From NCBI RefSeq assembly GCF_000181795.1, contig NW_003526943.1, positions 9,470,849 to 9,534,848 on the forward strand: a stretch of 64,000 nucleotides of DNA, read 5' to 3'. The notes beneath the pieces were generated by a model, which saw only the letters and a program-made list of their open reading frames with translations, was not told where the DNA came from and ran no database searches. Of the stretch, positions 39,926 to 52,491 are shown piece by piece (within the stretch, counting starts at the first letter, position 1; every line of letters starts with the position of its first letter). The translations under genes and the position numbers were made by a program. The DNA is from Trichinella spiralis. Taxonomy: Eukaryota.

Positions 39926-42032
39926 ATGAAAACCCATAAGATAAAATTAACACCGTATTTTTTAGCAACAGCTTTTCTTTTTCATTTGTTTTTCAAGTCG
40001 CAAGCGAACTCTGACATGTCTGCTAAGAATTTCGTTGCGGACTTGGTCTTTATTTGTGACAACTCCAAAACAATTTCAGGAGAGATGTTTATTGAAGAAA
40101 AACTGCTAATGAAAAGTATTTTGAAAAAAATATCTGTAAATGACGATTTTGTCCGAGTGGCGCTCATAAAATACTACAAAATGGTGAAAAATGGAAAACT
40201 TTCAGCGCAACTGGTGTCTAATTTTAACACGTTTACAAGTCATGGTAAAGATTATCTTTTTATAATATAAATTAGGAATATTTTTCTGTATTATAGTTTA
40301 CCTTTACATAATATTGGAGATTTAACTTTATCGTTACATTTTTCTGCGATAAAATTAGAATTTTTAATGATACAAATTTATGCTGATTTGATTTTAATTT
40401 AAAATTTATTTGTTTTGTAGATGAATTGTACAAGCAGATAGAGGAAGTTAAATTGAGAAATAAAATGAAGAATATTAGTGATGCGTTTCGATTGATTGAT
40501 GAGAAAGTGTTCAAGTTAAGCGAAGGTGATCGACCGAGTGTGCCGAATGTGATCATACTTTTCACAGATGACCATTCACCTGTGCAAAAGTGTGAGCCTC
40601 ATCTTTGGGCAGAAAAGTTGACAAGGAAAAAGCACAGAATTTTTGTTGTAATGATAGCAAATTCTAATTCTGCAAATTCTCGGGAAAAAAGAAAATATCT
40701 CTACAACTATCTTCGTAACAAAATTGCCAGCGAACCGGATTTATTCTTTATTCTCAGTAAACACGTCGATGTAGAAACGAATGCAAATATTCTTGTTACA
40801 AAGCTTCTTACGAAAGTTCCGAGTTTTTACTTTGCATCAAAAGGAAAGGAAAATTCTTCATACGAAATTCCAGCATATAAAACGAATAGCATATCCCTTG
40901 GAGAAATGGTGGACAGTGTTCCTGAAGAAAATGATTTAAATCTTCTCCTAATGAACAACTACACAACTACAGTCAGAAGTTTTACAAGTGAAGAATATTT
41001 AACCAGCAGTGTCAACGTCACAGATACTAAAACTAGCCAAGAAATGGAAATCACTAATAGCAGTTGGCCACCTGTTGAAACGGTTATGAGCGGAAGTATG
41101 TGAAAATTTTATTCATTTGTATAATAATGAAAAGTTTCCACTTTGCAGATGAAGAAAATGAAGTAATGGGTTCAAAAATGACGTTTGATCATGAGATGAG
41201 CATGACTGAGAGAGCGGATGTTAATGATATATCAACAGAAACAAATACTGTGGAATTTATTGAAAGCAGTACTGGTGTTACATTGAATTTTAGTGAAAAT
41301 GACGTGATATCATCTACTTTTGAAGAAGAATCAGAATTGAGGTTTGATTATGCAGATTACACCAGCTTTTCGAAAAATGAGGAAGAAGATACTACAACCA
41401 GGGAAAACGATAATCCTCTACTACGAACGGAAACTTCCCACCCTTTGTTTGTTGAATACAAAACTGAAAGTGATTATGAAGAAAATGATGTAAATTGGAA
41501 TAGCGTAAAAACAACTGAAATAGCAGAAGATCATGCCGTTACTTTATGGCCAGAAACCATAAATGCTGGAATTATTGGAGCAGATGTTGTTATCAATGAG
41601 ACTTTAGAAGCTTTTGAAAATGCAAATTTCGTTAAGAGTTTAGAAAATGATGCACTAAAGAATAATGAAAATGAGATCAGTGCAGCAGAAAATTATAATG
41701 TCTCTGAAACAGATACTGCTGGTTATTACGGATCAGATGACAGGAAAAATTGTAGTGGAATAAGAGTGGACAATTCAACGGATTGTCGAAATTATTCACG
41801 TTTTATCAACGAAAAACATCATTATTATACTGTGCCTGGTGCTGTATTTGTGGTTCTGCCTGTATTATTATTTGCAGTGTTGAAGATAATTGCTTGTAAG
41901 AAAATGAATAACAAAACCGATGAAAAAGCGGATGACCCTCCAACTGTGGCAGATTCTAATTTGGCGTTCAGTCCATTTTTAAATTACATTGAAGCAAAGG
42001 ATATTCCTTTTATAGACGATACTTCAAGCTAA
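39926..42032 (+). CDS. Type I membrane protein: signal peptide, VWA domain, Thr/Glu/Asn-rich stalk, TM helix, short acidic tail (exons 39926-40244, 40421-41095, 41149-42032)
   Basis: ADLVFICDNSKTI (MIDAS-like DxSxT), VRVALIKY, GDRPSVPNVIILFTDD, many NxS/T sequons, TM VPGAVFVVLPVLLFAVLKIIAC, and a tail ending DIPFIDDTSS. Both introns keep the frame. Confidence 0.85.
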
Positions 42033-43639
42033 AGCAGTATAATACTGCTTGATTAATATCTTGATTATTTTGTTTTTTACTAAACTTTAATTTCAGCAAA
42101 TTTTACATGTCAAATGTAATTCATTGAAATGAATTTTTATTTATTAATAAAACTTACACAATAATGGTGAATTTTAATGCAAGCAATGGAGTGCTGAAAA
42201 AATTCAATTTCGTTTAATTTTCAAAGATAAATTTGTTCTATGTAAACTTCATTAATACCCAAACTTTAAATATATTTTTAAAAGAAAAAGTTATTTATTA
42301 TCTAAATCAAATAATTCTGAATTATATGAAATTAATATTTCTTGCAAAATATATTCTATAAAATTCATGTTGAAATTCACTTTAAAAGCACTAACTAAAA
42401 ATGAGTAAAGAAGCGTTTTGAGTTTTAGTATCTTAATTTTATACAACGGAATTGTGCAGACAAAATCAGTAGTTTTTTTGAAGCATTGCGACTGTGTTCT
42501 AGATTATATTGCTCTCTGAGTGTTTAGGAATTTGAAAATTAGCCAATTATAGATAATGCCTATTTTTTACAATTACAAAATTAAATATAGCGTTATTCTG
42601 GAAATGCTGGTCTTATTCATCTACTCCTTCATTTTACAAGGAAAATATTTTACTGCAGATAATCAAGATATTTTTGAATAATATTTTATTTTTCATGAAA
42701 AAGTGTGATATATAAGTTTCATAATTTATTATAAAAATAATTATAAAGGTATGACTATGAAAAGCAAAAGAATACAAATGAAACTAGGAACTGAAATATA
42801 TGAATGTAAAATAGTGATTTTAAGAAAGTTATAAATGTCTTTTAAAATTTTATCAAAATGTAAGTATGAATTTGAAAAGCAACAAAATTGATGCCTAATG
42901 CATTTCATATACTGATGCATTTTCTAATACATCTTTTGTGCAGTATTTAGCATGACAGAAAAATCAGTAGCATATGCACAAACATATACAGTTGTCTATC
43001 ATCGAATGTCTGTTTTAACGCAAATTCATAGGAAATTTAAAGGAAATTGCAAATTTATTGAATTATACATCATATTTTAGCTTCAATTGGCTGTTTTTGC
43101 TTCTTCACCAAAGCACACATAGTCAGGTTTCAAAAGACATGAAGCTTTTGATTATGGTTGTCATATCTAAATTAATAAACTTACTATAAATTACTTTAAG
43201 TAAAAAATATGAACTTTTATACTTTCAAATGATGATTTGGCTTTAGTGACAATTCCATTTATTTGAGCTCCAAAACCTAAACAAATATTTGATGAAAATA
43301 TGCTGTAAGCCATGTTAAACATTCGTCAGAAACTGAACTAAAAAATTTTTTAAAGTTTAATATAGATAATTTTAGTAAATTATATTCGCAAAATAAATTT
43401 CTGCAATAAAATATCACATTTGTGCCATGTTCATATGATCATAAATTTAGAGATTTTAAAGTGTAAAGGAGTAATAAAGGAACATTACAATAATTCATTC
43501 AACGTATAACAATATTATAAAGTTGTATAGCTAAATGTAATAATTCACTGCGCATGACAAATGTTGCAAAACATTGCATGCAGTGCAAATGCAATGTAAT
43601 TGAATTGATCTTAAATTTGTTGCACATTTGCATATGATA

Positions 43640-44620
43640 ATTCTTAACGCGCATACGTCTCCTGAACTCCATTTGAGACTTCTGCGAGAGTGCTCAGTTC
43701 ATCGTTGCAAATAGGACAAATATTATAAAAGTGTTTTGCGCAGCTAATGTCCTTCATTAACCACAGCATTCTGCTATTCTTTTGTTCTTGGCTCGACTGT
43801 GGGCAGCACAACTCTGTTTGTGGTGCAAGCGATGTTTCTGTGGCAGAACCGTGACATAGTCCCTAGCACCTTTAGTGATCTTTTTACTGATGTAGATAAA
43901 ATTCTTGGTAAAATTTCTTCTCCTTAATTTTGAGTAATTTCTGAAATATTTCTGCCATATTGCAGCAGAAATAGCCTCTGTTGATACGACCTTTTGCCAT
44001 TCTACCTTGGATGTTCTGCCGTCCACATTACACAAGTATGTTTAAAAACAGCACCGTGGACCATTGGTTATTCTCGCGTTTGCAGGAGTACAGGTGCAGG
44101 TTGCCATTGTAGCATGGGAAAGTTTGTGACTTGTTATCTACTTCTGGACAAACCTTACTGTTGTGGTGCATAGTGACAAGAACAGAACGCACCTAATTTT
44201 TTTCAGTATGCAATTTACTCATGCAAGTCTTCAGTAGAAGAAGAAAGCAGATGACAAGCTGACGACATGCTGTGACGTCATTTTTGGAGTGCTTACTCTT
44301 TTGCACTATGTTAACGAAAGTGGCATTTTCTGCCAACATTCTTGTGTCAGTTCAATACTGAAAAAATTATTTGTCGCTATATTGCGGCTTTTGCTGCACT
44401 GAGGAGCAGATGGACTAGCTACCAGCTCAGTTGTAAACGAACAGTTGACAAACTGATGCAGAAGTTTGCATTTCTAGTCAGCTGTATATGGAAGCTATTT
44501 CTTAGTTTTCAGATATCTTAGAGTCCTAATATTTAGATAAGTTAGCTAGGAGAAAATTAGTTAGCCTTATTGTAATATCTTTTGGGAATCTTACTTCTTA
44601 AAAGAAGCCTTTAATAAAGC
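43640..44620 (-). mobile_element. Highly decayed piggyBac (PGBD4-like) transposase remnant; termini not found
   Basis: Minus-strand fragments SRNIATNNFF, VLVTMHH, YSCKRENNQWSTVLFLNIL (cf. YSCKRxTxRWP) and the Cys-rich tail CAKHFYNICPIC. Many frameshifts. Confidence 0.7.
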
Positions 44621-45217
44621 GCGATTTTACTTTTTATATGCGCTACTCACTAAATTTGGAATGTTTTGCCTCGTCAGTTTCTTCTAACTGTTCTGGAAGA
44701 ACACACAAACTGTTAAAAAAATATATATAATGGTTAAAAATTGCTGTGATTCATAATATCCCAAAGATTCAAATTGCGTTTATTTTATTTTCAACCATCA
44801 CAATATCTAATAAACTGAATCAAATTACAAAAAATGTTATAGTAAAGCTTCTTATTGCTTCAAAAGAACATTCATAAAACCACAATTTAGATAATCTTGT
44901 GGGGCAAAAGAAAAAAAAAGTTAAAACCATTAGAATAATTTAATACTAAAAGCTTATCAGAATTTTTAGCACCCGTTGTTGAAGATAATTATTTGATAGA
45001 TTAAAAGCAAGTGTTGTTGCATACAAAAATGTTATAACTTTTCCAGCTTACGAAGGTTCAGGACACCTGCTTGGTTAGAATGTTTGCAATTAAGATATTA
45101 AATAAACTTTTCAATGTGGTGGTTTGCTGCAGTAAGTGTGATAATTATTAAATCAAAATAAAAGGTGTAATATTCGTATAAAGAAGTCAACTCCTCTCTA
45201 GTGGAACAGTTATTTGC

Positions 45218-46226
45218 TTAGATAGCATTGCAGATAAAGCTATGGGATGACAAAGCATCTGAATCAGTTTGTTAATATGATTTTGTATTTTTTGTATATT
45301 TATATATATGCAAATTATTTGAATAGCACGAGCATTTTCAAATAAATGCTGATATATTAATACCAAAGGCAACAAAAATACAAACTACACGTCCCAAAGT
45401 GGACAAAAGACAAGCACTTTATAAATATAATGCAATATTGCAACTGCAATTTATATTGCAACTGTTGTAGTTCATGAAGAAATATGATATGCTAAATATT
45501 TTTAAATTAACATTTTGTAACTGGTAAACAATAATAACATTTGAACATACTGTCATCTTCACTGCCTTCTTCTGCAAGCTGTTCTGGAGTCTTGTGCGTT
45601 GCACCAACTCTACCAGGAAAATCTTGTACCTCTGGTTCAGTTTTTTTTACTTCTATTTTATACTAAACAAAAATATTCGAAATGTTGTCAAAGTATTGTG
45701 TTATTTCAATATTTTTTAACTTTTTCCCTGATTTCTTTCCGTAGTTTTTCTCTTTCTATTTCTCTCTTTTCATGTTTCTGCTTTCTACGTTTCTCAGCTT
45801 CTTCTCGTGCCTTCAAGATTTCCGTATCTTCTATCACGTTTTTCTTTTCTTCAGTTTCATCTCCTGTCAGTTTATCCAAACCACCTAAAAGTAACTGATG
45901 GTGGTTTTATTATTTTTTAAATTAATTATTAATTATTTATTTCCTTATCAATTATTATTAATGATATTTAATATTTTACTTTCGTATTACCAGAAACAGA
46001 GCAATTTCTCAATTTCTGTCACTGATATGCAATCACTTGATTAGAATGTTTGCTCTTTTCTAGTAAATTACAATCCATTTTTTCAAAAGATCAAGCAATG
46101 ACTATTGCCATTACCATTTAATCAAAATTAACAGAAATCATGCAATGATATTTGAAATATTAGAAATGAAAATTAAAATCTACCTGACAATGGATTTCCA
46201 AGAACAGATCCTACAATCACATTCAT
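45218..46226 (-). CDS. Complexin (synaphin), about 119 aa (exons 46226-46184, 45884-45721, 45662-45551, candidate last exon 45258-45218)
   Basis: MNVIVGSVLGNPLSGGLDKLTGDE..EDTEILKAREEAEKRRKQKHEKREIEREKLRKEIREKYKI..FPGRVGATHKTPEQLAEE resembles nematode CPX-1 (ERRKEKH..EREKMRQGIRDKY..GRIGGPRKTPEEIA). The last exon is less certain. Confidence 0.85.
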
Positions 46227-46886
46227 CGTAGTAGTAGTTATACTTTTTGTAACTGACAAGAAAGCGTGTTTTGAAGGAAATAAGTATATATCAAATTACT
46301 TATTTAAAATTTTAGTTTTTTCAATAACTCAGAAGTTGCTCAGCGTATTAGGATTCTACATTGACTTTTGATGAATTTATTGAGTAAAAGTTTTGCTTCG
46401 AGTACATTTTATTTCAGAAAGTTATATTCAAACTAATTTTTTTCTTTTATTTATTTAAAAAATAATTATTTTTAGAAAATAATAAAACTTAAATTTAAAT
46501 TTATTGACCAGTTATAAAATGGCCATTGATATGAACAAGTCATTTGACTCCACCGGCACAACGTTTCCAAACTGAAATGCCATTTAATTTAAAATCTACA
46601 GTTTAATAAAATTATTGAATAATTTATTTCTTAAATTTTGCATTATTACATCAATGATAATTTTCAGCTGTGCCTTGAAGAATTTTTTAAAATTTAAAAT
46701 CAGTTGTGAAATATCATGCATATAATTCATATATGTTAAAAAATAAAAACATCGCATGAAAATACTTTTCTTTCTTATGTACAGTGCATTGGCACTACTA
46801 ATGCTGCAATTTTTAAAAGCAGACATGTCAGTTGACTAAAATTTTGTTGCAGTAAAAATCTCCGCTCAATAATAATTGCTAAAATG

Positions 46887-46921
46887 TTAATAATAATAAT
46901 AATGATAATAATAATAATAAT
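46887..46921. repeat. (AAT)n microsatellite
   Basis: Near-perfect trinucleotide run. Confidence 0.85.
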
Positions 46922-48590
46922 GTTAAATAATAATGCTTTTTTCATGTAAACTGAAAGTAAAATGTTCTATGAACAAGCTGAATTTTCATTAGGATTCTTA
47001 GAAATGCTAAATATAGAAAGAACACATTAATAACTTTACCCTTTTGAATGCTCATATTACATTAAATTAAATAATTTTAAAAGTCATGAAAATATCTGAA
47101 TAAATATTTTCATGTTTATAACATTAAATAATACTTTATTATGCACAGTTAGTAATTTTTCAAGAAAACGTACATAATGGTAATTACAGAAATGTTGAAG
47201 CAACAAAAATAATGATGTAACAAATAGCAAAAAGAATTTTATAATTTATTTATAATTATAATCAACAGTTAAGCAAAAGGTAATTCAGCAAAATGTTGTG
47301 TGGAATATAGATTTCAGCTGTTTAATCAAAAGCAAAGGAAGAAAACTTATTAACACACATTAGGCAACAGAATAGATTACGTTTGTAATTAATTAAATTT
47401 AAAATAAAAGTTTTTCTGACCTAAAATGAATTAATTATATTGCTTCGCTTTTGCACGGACTGAATGCTGAACAATCAATGATGCAAATGCTAAAACGTAA
47501 TAAGTGATATGTTAAAGAATGTCAGAATTAAAGCTATTACTGGAAGTTGTGCAAATAATAGAATGTCAATATTTTGATGCTGAATGTAAAGTTTCACTCA
47601 CAATTATCAAATGTATTTCAAAAAGATTGGCTTCATAATTAATTTTAAATATATAGCTTCATAAAAAAGGAATATTTTTGGGAATTTTTACATACATACA
47701 CACGCATGCATATTTTATGTTAAACAGGTGACTTTGATACACTTTCAGATATATGCATTGCTATTATAATAAAGATTTAGGCGTTATTATGTGAAGAGAA
47801 CTAAATTTGTATTTTTTCAAAGTTCTAAGTGTAGAACATGAATAAATAGTCAGTTATGCGATTACTGTTAGCACTAACAGAATGATAATGACAGTAGCTA
47901 CGTTTTGCATGTCTGGCGCTCATTTTACACATTTATAAATATTAAGCAGGTAATAAATTGAGTGACATGAATTTGCATCATAGTTTCAAAAACTTTGTTA
48001 TGTTTATAGCTTACTTTCAGTTTTATAATCTAAGACTGTGCAACCTAAAATGAATTATCTCACTTTAGATTGTTAGTTTTTTTGAAGAAGTATTTGAAAT
48101 CTTTATAAAAAGAGTGTCCAATTCATAATAAAATTTACTCAATAAATAAATTATATGGGGCTGTATTTGCAAGTTATTTATTACATAGCTATTTTCATCA
48201 TTTTGATAAATAAAAAACATTGTTTTGATATATATATATATATATATGCATGCGTATTATCAAATGTAATCTTTAAAAATGCAATCTTAAAATGTAATCT
48301 TCAAATACAAATACATTTGAAAATTTTGCAAAGTACAGTTCAAAATTTTAGACTATCGCTTAAATTATCATTACTGTATTTAAATAATTTTATTTTGTCA
48401 TGTGTAGAAGCAGATAAAATTCCCATAATGTATGGTGAATTTTGCTTGTATACTTGTGGGAATTTGTAAAAAAATTGTAAATGTTCATCACATCAGTAGT
48501 TGTAATAATATCTTTGATTTATTTAAAAATTAAACTGTACATTTTTTAAGGTGTGTCAAACTCATAAATGAAAAAGTTTATTTACAGAAA

Positions 48591-50346
48591 ATGAAAATTA
48601 TGTTTTGGAAAAAGTTGCCTGTGATAATTACTGCTGCCTGCATATACTGTCTTCTTGTTGTCACCTGGGGCACAGTAAAATATGCTTCACAAAATACAGT
48701 TAAAGAATTACAGATGAAACTGATGGAAATAAAGTTTAAATTTGGAATATTCCCAAGAGAAAGAGTTTATGAAACAGCTACCCCACATTTATGGCCAGAA
48801 GAATCACCAAATAACGACAGAATCATTGAACAAATGAAGTTTATTCCTCCGGTCATATTGAACAAAACAATACTTGTATCATTATTCGAAGGTTATGCAG
48901 GATGGGATTTGCCAAATCAAAAAGCAATGGACAATTTATTTACAAACTGTCCTGTAAATAATTGCAAAGCAGTTCCAGATTACAGTGCAGTTAACGAAGC
49001 TGATGCAGTTTTGTTTAGAAGAATGGTGCCTCAGTTAACATCCAGTCATCATCACCAAATATGGATTTTTTATAGTCTCGAATCTCCTCCACATTCGATA
49101 AATTTAGAATCTTTAAATGGTTTGGTCAACTGGACTGCAACGTATCGTTTAGATTCTGATATTGTTGCCCCATATGGAAAATTTGAAAAAGCTGAAGTCA
49201 GCATTCTTCCTGTAGATACCTCACGAAAGACAAAAATGGTTGCTTGGTTTGTATCTAACTGCTACACAAACAGCAAGCGGGAATTATATGTAAAGCAGTT
49301 GAAAGAGTACATAAGTGTGGATATATATGGCGCATGTAGTAATAAGCGATGTAAAAAATTTTCTTCAGATTGTGAGAATATGCTAGATAATGATTACAGG
49401 TTTTATTTGTCATTTGAAAATTCATTATGCAAGGATTACATCACTGAAAAATATTTTCACAACGCTATGGAGTAAGTTTTTTGTTTTACACACAAACAGT
49501 AGTTTATTTATCTGCAAAATCTTGAAACTTTAAAAATAATAGGCAACAGTATCTTTAGATAGATCGAAACGAAACATCAAAATAATATTTTGATGCAAAT
49601 AATGAGACTGTTCCAATCAAATAATGTGATTATTAGATAAGTATTTGCCGTCTGGTTTTACACAACTTAATTATATATATATCTACATGTGTATTCTCTT
49701 TACCTATTTTACTTAAACTTTTATTTTTTTGCATTTTTATTTTGCGCAGAATTTCACTAGTGGAATGTTGCAGTATGTGAATACCAGATGCAACATTAAT
49801 AGTATTATATTACGATAATAAATTAACAATATTGGCACTATTTAACAATAGTCTTAGTGCAAACTACTTTCATACGCCTTTAAGATGTGAAAATTATATA
49901 ATAGGAGCAATATAATTTAAAATTTTGCTTCACATTAGCATCTGAATTAACTGAGCATTAAGATAAATATATAATAGATGAGATTTTATAATTCATAGCA
50001 TACAATTCAGATAATAAAAAGCAGTTTATTTTTATTATTTTACATTGCAATTTTTAGACATTACATAATACCAGTTGTCATGGGTGCATCAAAAGCTGAG
50101 TATGAAAAAGTTTCACCTCCACATTCATTTATCCACGTAGATGATTTTCGTTCACCAAAAGAGTTGGCAATATATTTGAAAAAGGTTGCACAAAATAATA
50201 CATTGTACAACAGCTATTTTGAATGGAAGTCACATTACAGATTGATAAATACATATTTTTGGTGTAGATTGTGTTCTTTACTGAATTATCCAAAGAGAAA
50301 AGTTTATAATGATTTGCAAAACTGGTGGGCTCCTGTATGCCACTAA
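48591..50346 (+). CDS. Alpha-1,3-fucosyltransferase (GT10; core FucTA-like), 2 exons (48591-49471, 50058-50346)
   Basis: Type II TM N-terminus, WIFYSLESPPH, VNWTATYRLDSDI, VAWFVSNC, VDIYGAC, alpha3 motif YRFYLSFENSLCKDYITEK, IPVVMG, PPHSFIHVDDF, YNSYFEWK, WCRLC. Confidence 0.95.
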
Positions 50347-50636
50347 CATAAATATGCCTTCATTAATTATTTTAAAATAGTCTTATCCTTTAAAATTATA
50401 AAAAAATTAATAAGATGTGATTATTTAAATTGAAATATGTTTCTACATTATTTAAATTATTAATGTCAAAAAATGAATCTTTACGACTACATTTGCTCAA
50501 GCATCATCTTTTAAAAAATTTACTTTGATAGTGCTTTTCTTTACGACAGAAATTATTATCTTGATGCTTTTTTTTACTCATGATGCAGTATTTTAGTTAA
50601 TAAAATGAAACTCTGAAACATTTGAAAGTGTGCTTT

Positions 50637-51149
50637 TTACTTTTTTCCAAACAGGTTTCCATTTATAAAGCAAAGACCTTTTCCCCAAAATAGTCGACCA
50701 ATGCAGATTTCTTCATTTTTTTCAAATTGTAATTTTTTGAGATCAACGCTGCTCGTACGCCTTTGCTCTAGAATGCCCAAAATTCCAAATATTTTTTTGC
50801 TTTGTAACTTTCCATGGTTAAAATTTAACTGAACATTATTAGAATTCTCAAAATCTAACGGGCCAAATTGATGTCTGGCATCCCAGCTTGCTCCAATGTT
50901 TTCAGGTACATATTTTAGTGATTTGCTAATATCCAGCTTGCTCAGCAATGACTGTAAATAGTGCCCAATATTATTACCATGGGAATGCTTGACTTGTAAA
51001 TTTCGCTCTTCTCGTTGATCAAGAGATTCTAGACTATTCATGTCAAATATCAAAAATATTAAAAGAACAATTAGCTTACGAAAAGTAGTGGACAAAGTGG
51101 TTGAGAATGTGTGATGCAAAAGTATGGTCAGCAATAAGAAATGAGTCAT
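50637..51149 (-). CDS. Putative secreted peptide precursor (probable 51-nt in-frame intron 51079-51029)
   Basis: Hydrophobic N-terminus MTHFLLLTILLHHTFS, long open frame in very AT-rich DNA, dibasic sites, and a C-terminus CIGRLFWGKGLCFINGNLFGKK*. Confidence 0.6.
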   Translation of the reverse strand: MTHFLLLTILLHHTFSTTLSTTFRKLIVLLIFLIFDMNSLESLDQREERNLQVKHSHGNNIGHYLQSLLSKLDISKSLKYVPENIGASWDARHQFGPLDFENSNNVQLNFNHGKLQSKKIFGILGILEQRRTSSVDLKKLQFEKNEEICIGRLFWGKGLCFINGNLFGKK

Positions 51150-52073
51150 CCAAAATTTGTTGTAACTAATGCCGATTGCTTTTATTTTTGAATTTCTGAC
51201 GAGCAGTTAGTTGATTGATGAAATAAATATGATTAGCTTATATTAGAATTCTACTTAAGCACTGACGCTGAAAGATATTTTTGCCCTTTGTTAAAACAAA
51301 TTTTCAAGTTTAGTAAAACTGCAATAATTTTATTTGAAATAGGTCAACGGAATATCATGAAGCATGAAATAAAAGCAATTCACACGAAACAGGATGTCCA
51401 ACTTTGTAAAGCTGTCAACTGCACATCACACAAAATAATAGAACACAGTATTTTTGTAGTTATTGCTTTTCATGCAACTGAAACAAGCAAATGTTTTATT
51501 TTTTTAAAATATGTTGTAAACAACTTTTCACAACAACAAAAATGTTAATTATACTCAGATGATCAAGTTTCTTTAAAGGTAAGTTACCGTTGCAGAATTT
51601 TTATCAGTTGACTTGTTTCCTCGCTACATTAATTTCTTTAATGCCAAATTGTGTTTGTTGAATGAATTGCTTCTTTTATATAATTTGACTGAACAGAAGA
51701 CTTGTTTAGCAAATGTGTTTGCTTTTAATAATACTGAAAAATTTTGCAAACATCACTTTAAATTGCTTGAAGCTAATGCTACCTTTTCATTTATACATAC
51801 TTGAATGCAATCAAAATGAACATTTAGATGTATGTTTCTTTGTTAATAAACTTCAAAAAATTTCCTCATATTTATATTTTACATGAATGAATATTATTTT
51901 TTGTTAAAAATTTTTAATGCAACTGTTATTTTATTGCTTACTAAAACTACTTTAAATTTATGCCATACTGCCTTCATATTCTATACTGGTTTATGATGGT
52001 TATATGCAAGGTTTGAAAAGGAACCCAATAAAAGAATTCCGTTAGGAAAAAATTTAATTTTCCTTTAAACTTT

Positions 52074-52083
52074 NNNNNNNNNN
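52074..52083. other. Assembly gap (10 N)
   Basis: Run of N. Confidence 0.99.
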
Positions 52084-52491
52084 TTTTTATCAACTGCAAT
52101 TTAATCCAGTCAGTTTAAATTGACTGAATGCCTTTTTTCATATAAACAGCTAAATATGTGTTGGAAAATGGCAGCCTAACTATACATGCTATTCACGATA
52201 AACAGACATTAATGATATTTTTTCACATCTGCAATACTGAAAACATTAACAATGAATGATTCCATTTATTTTAAATTAAATAAGGACAATGTTTTCAATG
52301 AGTTTCAATATACAATATACACATGTACAGTTATGAGAATTTTGTTTTCAAAATTTCAATATAAAAAGTAAAAATAAAACAAGAAACACGTCAGATAATG
52401 TGAATGATTGATATGGCAGCACATAATTAATTATCAAAAGTGAAATTACATATGATCGATCAATTGAATTAAGTGTAATGCATTTCATAAT

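Noticed and set aside
45599..45898. 99-aa Phe/Ser-rich plus-strand ORF
   Set aside because: Antisense shadow of complexin exons.
46596..48469. I/F/L/K/N-rich ORFs 46596..46826 and 48155..48469
   Set aside because: Their composition reflects AT-rich non-coding DNA, with no motifs or splice support.
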